From Abditibacterium sp. (GTDB lineage: Bacteria > Armatimonadota > Abditibacteriia > Abditibacteriales > Abditibacteriaceae): 64,000 nt of DNA. The notes beneath the pieces were generated by a model that worked only from the letters and a program-made list of their open reading frames with translations, ran no database searches and had not been told where the DNA came from. Positions 59,626 through 64,000 of this stretch are shown here, in pieces; the first letter of the stretch is position 1; every line of letters begins with the position of its first letter. The stretch covers positions 1,664,001 to 1,728,000 of the forward strand of contig CBDASK010000003.1 of NCBI GenBank assembly GCA_965199495.1. The letters run 5' to 3'. Both the position numbers and the translations under genes were made by a program.

Positions 59626-59740
59626 AGCAGTGCGGGCGAGTCGTCAGAAGCCAAAAGAAACGGCGTTGCCAGAGGGCAACGCCGGAAAAATTAGACGCCG
59701 TTTCAAAAGCAAGGTTTTGCTTTGAAAGCAATAAAGCTCT

Positions 59741-59771
59741 GCGCCGTGGCTGTATGTTGCAGCCACGGCGC
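59741..59771. terminator. Hairpin formed by two inverted CAGCCACG octamers just downstream of moeB
   Basis: GCGCCGTGGCTG-TATGTTG-CAGCCACGGCGC, 6 nt past the moeB stop. Confidence 0.6.
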
Positions 59772-59777
59772 CCGAAC

Positions 59778-60929
59778 TTAATAACGCGGCACGCTTTCGT
59801 CCACGTTTTTCGACCACGCATCAATGCCGCCCGCCATGTTCTTCAATTTCTTGAAGCCCAACTTTTGCAGACCGGCAATGGCGCGCGCCGAGCTGTCGCC
59901 GACGTGACAGAACACCACGTAATCCTGCGCCGAATCCAACTCTTTGACGCGGCCCAGCAAATCGGCGTAGGGAATGTGAACCGAATTGGGCAAAACCGTG
60001 ATTTGCACCTCTTCGTCGCTGCGCACATCCAAAAACTTGGCGTCGCTTTCGTCCATGAACGCCTTGGCCTGTTTCGCCGAAATCTGCTCGATAGATTTCG
60101 GATCGGCGCCCAACGATTCCTCGGAAATGCCGCACAAAAACCGATAATCGGCGGCGGGCAGCAAATTCGTAATCGTCGGATGCTCACCGCAAATCGGACA
60201 ATCCGGGTCTTTGCGGATTTTCAGCGTGCGGAAAGTCATCGCGAGGGCGTCATAAATCAGCAAGCGCCCGATGAGCGGATTGCCCACGCCCATCAAAATT
60301 TTGAGCGCCTCGGTCGCCTGAATCGTGCCGACGATGCCGGGCAAAATGCCCAGCACGCCGCCTTCGGCGCACGACGGCACCATGCCGGGGGGCGGCGGTT
60401 CGGGATACAGACAGCGATAGCACGGGCCGTTGGGGTCGGCGAAAACGGTGGATTGGCCGTCGAAACGGAAAATCGAGCCGTAAACATTGAGCGTTTTGGT
60501 CAAAACGCAGGCGTCGTTGACGATGTAGCGCGTCTCGAAATTGTCGGTGCCGTCCACGACGATATCGTGGCTCGAAACCAATTCCATGACGTTTTCGGTC
60601 GAAACGGCGTCTTGAATCGCGTTGACTTTGACGAACGGATTGATTTCGGCGATGCGGTTTTTGGCCGATTCGACTTTGGGAATTCCGACGCTGGAAGAGT
60701 CGTGCAGAATTTGGCGTTGCAGGTTGGAAACGTCCACGACATCGGGGTCGAGAATGGTGATTTCGCCGACGCCCGAAGCGGCCAAATAAAGACCGGCGGG
60801 CGAGCCTAAACCGCCCGCTCCGACCATCAAAAGTTTGGACGCCTTGAGCTTTTCCTGACCATCAACGCCGACTTCCGGCATAATCAAGTGGCGCCCATAG
60901 CGCATGATTTCGGGGTTAGTCAGCTTCAT
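59778..60929 (-). CDS. moeB: MoeB/ThiF adenylyltransferase with C-terminal rhodanese domain (MoeZ type)
   Basis: RYGRH, GAGGLG, SNLQRQ, PCYRC, CAEGGVLG, CPIC, rhodanese FCHVG. Confidence 0.92.
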   Translation of the reverse strand: MKLTNPEIMRYGRHLIMPEVGVDGQEKLKASKLLMVGAGGLGSPAGLYLAASGVGEITILDPDVVDVSNLQRQILHDSSSVGIPKVESAKNRIAEINPFVKVNAIQDAVSTENVMELVSSHDIVVDGTDNFETRYIVNDACVLTKTLNVYGSIFRFDGQSTVFADPNGPCYRCLYPEPPPPGMVPSCAEGGVLGILPGIVGTIQATEALKILMGVGNPLIGRLLIYDALAMTFRTLKIRKDPDCPICGEHPTITNLLPAADYRFLCGISEESLGADPKSIEQISAKQAKAFMDESDAKFLDVRSDEEVQITVLPNSVHIPYADLLGRVKELDSAQDYVVFCHVGDSSARAIAGLQKLGFKKLKNMAGGIDAWSKNVDESVPRY

Positions 60930-61222
60930 AATGTTTCTTGAACGGATTCGATATTTTGCATCCATTGCTCGCAACTTTTAGGGACGTGCGCCGATTGGAA
61001 GGAGGCGTTCAGCCCCGCTTGAAGCGAAGCGCGTTTCAAAACGGACGTTACAAAATATCTCTTCGTGAATCGGTGAGTTTAACTTCTAAACTCACGCACT
61101 GGCTAATTCGGTGGATAGAGCCAGTCAGGCTTGCCAAACGCGCGCCCGCCCGTTCGCGTTTCCCTTATTTTCCGATTTCGCCCGCATTTCCCACCCGCGA
61201 CATAGGAAAACCAATTTTTCCG

Positions 61223-62746
61223 ATGGCCTCCGCTTCTACTCGCCCCACCAAGCAGCCACGCGCACAGGCTGGCGCCAACGTTTCGCCCAACGAAACGCGC
61301 GTCGCGTTGATTTTTCTGGCGTTGGCGCTGGTTACAGGCGGCGCGGTGCGTTTGTATTCCCTCGTCCAAATGCCGTTTGCCTTTGGCGATGGCGGTATGT
61401 TTTGGGTCGCGACGCGCGCGATTGCGGGCGCCAATTTCGCCTTGCCAGCGACGTTAGCTTATCCGGCGCCCGATGCCAATTTGCCGTTTTGCTATCCGCC
61501 GATGGGCTTTTACGCGGCGGCGGTTTTGGCAAAAGTGGGCGTGCCGATGGCGCAGATTTTTCGATGGCTCCCGTGGGCGTGGAGCATGGCAACGATTTGG
61601 GCGTTCTGGCGCTTGGCTCGCACATTTTGGAAGAACGAGCCGGACGGCGAATGGGCGGCGGGCGCGGCGACTTTGTGTTGGGCGCTGTTGCCGTGGAGCT
61701 TTTTTTGGATGGTTATGGGCGGCGGCCTGACGCGCGCGCTGGGACTTGGGTGCGCGTTTCTGGCGATTGACGCCGCGATCAAATTATGGCGCGACGGCGA
61801 AACCCGACAATGGATTTGGTTGACGATTTTTTTGGCGATGACGTTGGCTTCGCACCTCGAACGCGCGCGCTTCGCCGTCGTGGCTGTTGGTCTGATCTGG
61901 CTGTTTTACGGAATATCTTCGCGCGGCGCGCTTCAATTGGCGGGTGCCTATTTCGGCGCGGCGCTCTTCACCGCGCCGTGGTGGGGCTTGTGTCTGATGC
62001 GCTTTGGACTCGCGCCGTTCAGGGCTGCGGCGAGTAGCGGCGGCAGCGGTTGGAGCGAATCGTCGGGCGCCTCAGCTTTGGTCAAAGCGGTTTTATTCAC
62101 CATCAACGGCGAAGCGATTTTGCCGTTCGCGCATATTTTGGGCGCGTTGGGTTTGATTTGGTGTTTGTCGCGCCGCCAATATTTTTTGCCGGTCTGGGCG
62201 CTGGCAATTTTGCTCATCGAAGTGCGTTCGGGTCGCATCTTTATCATCGCGCCGCTTGCGCTGGGCGTCGGCATCTTGCTCGCCAACGCGCCGCGCGCGC
62301 GCTTTATTACGATGGGCTTGTTGACTTTCTGGCTCTGTTTTTTGTCAGTGGAAGTGCAATTAAACCTCATCGGCCTGACGCGCGGCGATTTGGCGGCGAT
62401 TGATTGGGCAAAAACAAACGCGCCTGCCGATGCAAAATTTTTGGTGATCCCGACCAACGATTGGGCGATGGACGAAACCGCCGAATGGTTTCCGGCGCTG
62501 GCGAACCGTGCGAGCGTGACGACGGTGCAGGGCGCCGAATGGTTACCCGATGGCGAGTTTCGACGGCGCATCGAGCGCCATGAAAAATTGCGTGGTGCCC
62601 AAAGCTGGCCAGCAGCCACGGCGACTGGATTGCCGCCTTTCGATTGGGTTTGGCGTCCCGACAACGCACCGCAATGGGAGCCGGACGCACGCTGGCGAAA
62701 AGTTTGGTCGAACGGCAATAACGCGATTTGGAAACGCGTGGAATAA
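61223..62746 (+). CDS. Polytopic membrane protein, probable GT-C (PMT/ArnT-like) glycosyltransferase
   Basis: GDGGMF after TM1, PFCYPP.GFY, GGGLTRALG, EWFPAL, TTVQGAEW; many TMs. Confidence 0.6.
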   Translation: MASASTRPTKQPRAQAGANVSPNETRVALIFLALALVTGGAVRLYSLVQMPFAFGDGGMFWVATRAIAGANFALPATLAYPAPDANLPFCYPPMGFYAAAVLAKVGVPMAQIFRWLPWAWSMATIWAFWRLARTFWKNEPDGEWAAGAATLCWALLPWSFFWMVMGGGLTRALGLGCAFLAIDAAIKLWRDGETRQWIWLTIFLAMTLASHLERARFAVVAVGLIWLFYGISSRGALQLAGAYFGAALFTAPWWGLCLMRFGLAPFRAAASSGGSGWSESSGASALVKAVLFTINGEAILPFAHILGALGLIWCLSRRQYFLPVWALAILLIEVRSGRIFIIAPLALGVGILLANAPRARFITMGLLTFWLCFLSVEVQLNLIGLTRGDLAAIDWAKTNAPADAKFLVIPTNDWAMDETAEWFPALANRASVTTVQGAEWLPDGEFRRRIERHEKLRGAQSWPAATATGLPPFDWVWRPDNAPQWEPDARWRKVWSNGNNAIWKRVE

Positions 62747-62758
62747 GCGAACGAATTT

Positions 62759-62899
62759 ATTTCCCACAAAAACGCAAAAATCACAAAAGGCACAAAAAAT
62801 TCAAAAGGTTTTGAAGAACAATTTTCCGATAAAGAAAGTTCGACCAGCTATTTTTGAATTTTTTGTGCCTTTTGTGATTTTTGCGTTTTTGTGGGAAAT
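62759..62899. repeat. Palindromic element family A, copy 3
   Basis: Perfect 48-bp arms 62759-62806 and 62852-62899 between convergent genes. Confidence 0.88.
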
Positions 62900-62918
62900 T
62901 GAACTTCTTGAAATGGAT

Positions 62919-64000
62919 TTAAGCCTTCGCCTTTTCCGCGACTTTGCCGCTATCGTGGCCCGAACCGCGCAGACGAAACGCCAGAAAAAACGCGCCCATC
63001 ATGATAATGCCGCCCGCGATAAACGGCGCGCCCGCCGCGATGGTGCCGAACAAAACGCCGCCCAAGTTCGGGCCAACGATGCGGCCCAGACTTTGGGTGG
63101 ATTGATAAATGCCCAGCAGTTCGCCGCGCTCGTTTTCGGGCGCGTATTGCGAAACCAGCGAAGTCAAAACCGGCGTCGAAATGCCGTTGCCCAGCGTCAA
63201 AATGCCGCACGCCAGATATTGGCCCCAGATCACACCCGGCAAAATGCCCTCGACAATCGCGACGCTGACCAAGCCACATGCCATGATTAATGTGCCCGCC
63301 AGCACAAGTGGCACTTCGCCAAACATTTTTTGCAGTGGCCGAATTAACCCGCCCTGCACAATCAGCGACAAAATGCCGATGACGCCGAAAATGTAGCCGA
63401 TCAAACGCGCCGATTCGGGGCGCACGATGAGTTTTTCGACTTCGCGCCAGCTCAAACCGGGCGGCGGCGCGGCGCCTTTAAAAGTGAAATCGCCGCCCAA
63501 CGATTTGGGATAAGGCTGCGTCGCATCGTCGGCACCCGTCGGCGTGGCTGCTTCGCCCGTTGGCGGCATCGGCGCGGTTTCGCGGTCGGCGGAGTGTAAG
63601 GTTTGCGCGCGCACGGCGGCGGCTTGCGGGTTACGGCGAATCTCGCTTTGCACCAAAGGCCGCGTGTAATCCTTGAGAATAAACAGCGCGTAAGTGCCCT
63701 GAATCGTGGCAAACGCCGCCGTTGCCAGAAAACCGATGAGAATAGCTTCGTTGAGATGCGGAATTTTCAAGGCGTGCGCAAATCCCGTGATGAAAGAACG
63801 CTTATTGTTTTTGTTTTCCTCGGCATTTTTGCGCGTGGCTTCGGGCAAAGTCTCGCGCAAGAAATTCAGCGCCAACGCCCAGTTGAGCAAAGCCAGTCCG
63901 CCCGAAAACGCGCCCAAACCCAGATTGCCGCCCCACACGCCGGGCAGATGCGTCAACGCCGAACCGATGAGCGGCCCGATGGCGAAGGCGATGCCGAACG
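62919..64000 (-). CDS. MFS transporter (TetA/DHA1-like), 5' end outside the window
   Basis: FGIAFAIGPLIG at the window edge, LRETL, VQGGLIRPL.K.FGE, ERGELLG...SLGRIVGP. Confidence 0.88.
   Translation of the reverse strand, partial: FGIAFAIGPLIGSALTHLPGVWGGNLGLGAFSGGLALLNWALALNFLRETLPEATRKNAEENKNNKRSFITGFAHALKIPHLNEAILIGFLATAAFATIQGTYALFILKDYTRPLVQSEIRRNPQAAAVRAQTLHSADRETAPMPPTGEAATPTGADDATQPYPKSLGGDFTFKGAAPPPGLSWREVEKLIVRPESARLIGYIFGVIGILSLIVQGGLIRPLQKMFGEVPLVLAGTLIMACGLVSVAIVEGILPGVIWGQYLACGILTLGNGISTPVLTSLVSQYAPENERGELLGIYQSTQSLGRIVGPNLGGVLFGTIAAGAPFIAGGIIMMGAFFLAFRLRGSGHDSGKVAEKAKA

Noticed and set aside
60938..61222. N-terminal extensions in the ORF track (here, and for folD, NYN, YARHG, TPR, GT 41506)
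   Set aside because: They overlap neighbouring genes or repeats; downstream ATGs fit the domain boundaries better.
2703..63550. Octamer as a Chi site or HIP1
   Set aside because: Roughly balanced between strands (about 25 vs 20) and not palindromic. Not fully excluded without knowing the replichore.
836..63712. Numerous long antisense or alternative-frame ORFs
   Set aside because: Shadows of GC-rich coding genes, Arg/Ala-rich and without motifs.
1..64000. rRNA, tRNA, transposase, integrase or phage genes
   Set aside because: No recognisable motifs. The autonomous partners of the repeats must lie outside the window, if they exist.
1..64000. Abundant GCGCGC runs
   Set aside because: Explicable by GCG-CGC (Ala-Arg) codon preference; no positional structure noticed.

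Overview
A moderately GC-rich chromosomal segment from a diderm bacterium. It is most likely Abditibacteriota/Armatimonadota, inferred from a DUF1559 prepilin-like gene with the [43 protein letters not shown] signature together with lpxD and an OmpH-like gene. Housekeeping content: an F1Fo ATP synthase operon that ends after atpG (no atpD/atpC), the rib operon, nadB, folD, lpxD, moeB, ada, a spore-photoproduct-lyase-like radical SAM enzyme, a csoR-copZ-copA copper cluster and exopolysaccharide genes. Accessory content: a split-DUF4331/TPR/His-rich Ni-Co transporter cluster, a histidine kinase-STAND NTPase-TPR fusion heading a prepilin/lyase/oxidoreductase operon, and ORFans inserted in the atp and rib operons. 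The most striking signals are at DNA level. (i) The non-palindromic octamer CAGCCACG/CGTGGCTG occurs about 45 times by manual count, on both strands and in inverted pairs, like a DNA uptake sequence. (ii) There are at least six families of long intergenic palindromes; loops from three different arm families share an AAG(A/C/T)AAGTT(C/G) core. (iii) Two MITE-like elements with 6-bp target duplications carry REP doublets. (iv) One palindrome lies in frame within a prepilin leader, and another gives two divergent operons identical 5' regions including the ATG. No rRNA, tRNA, CRISPR array or transposase was recognised. Family calls come from motif recognition by eye, not from searches.
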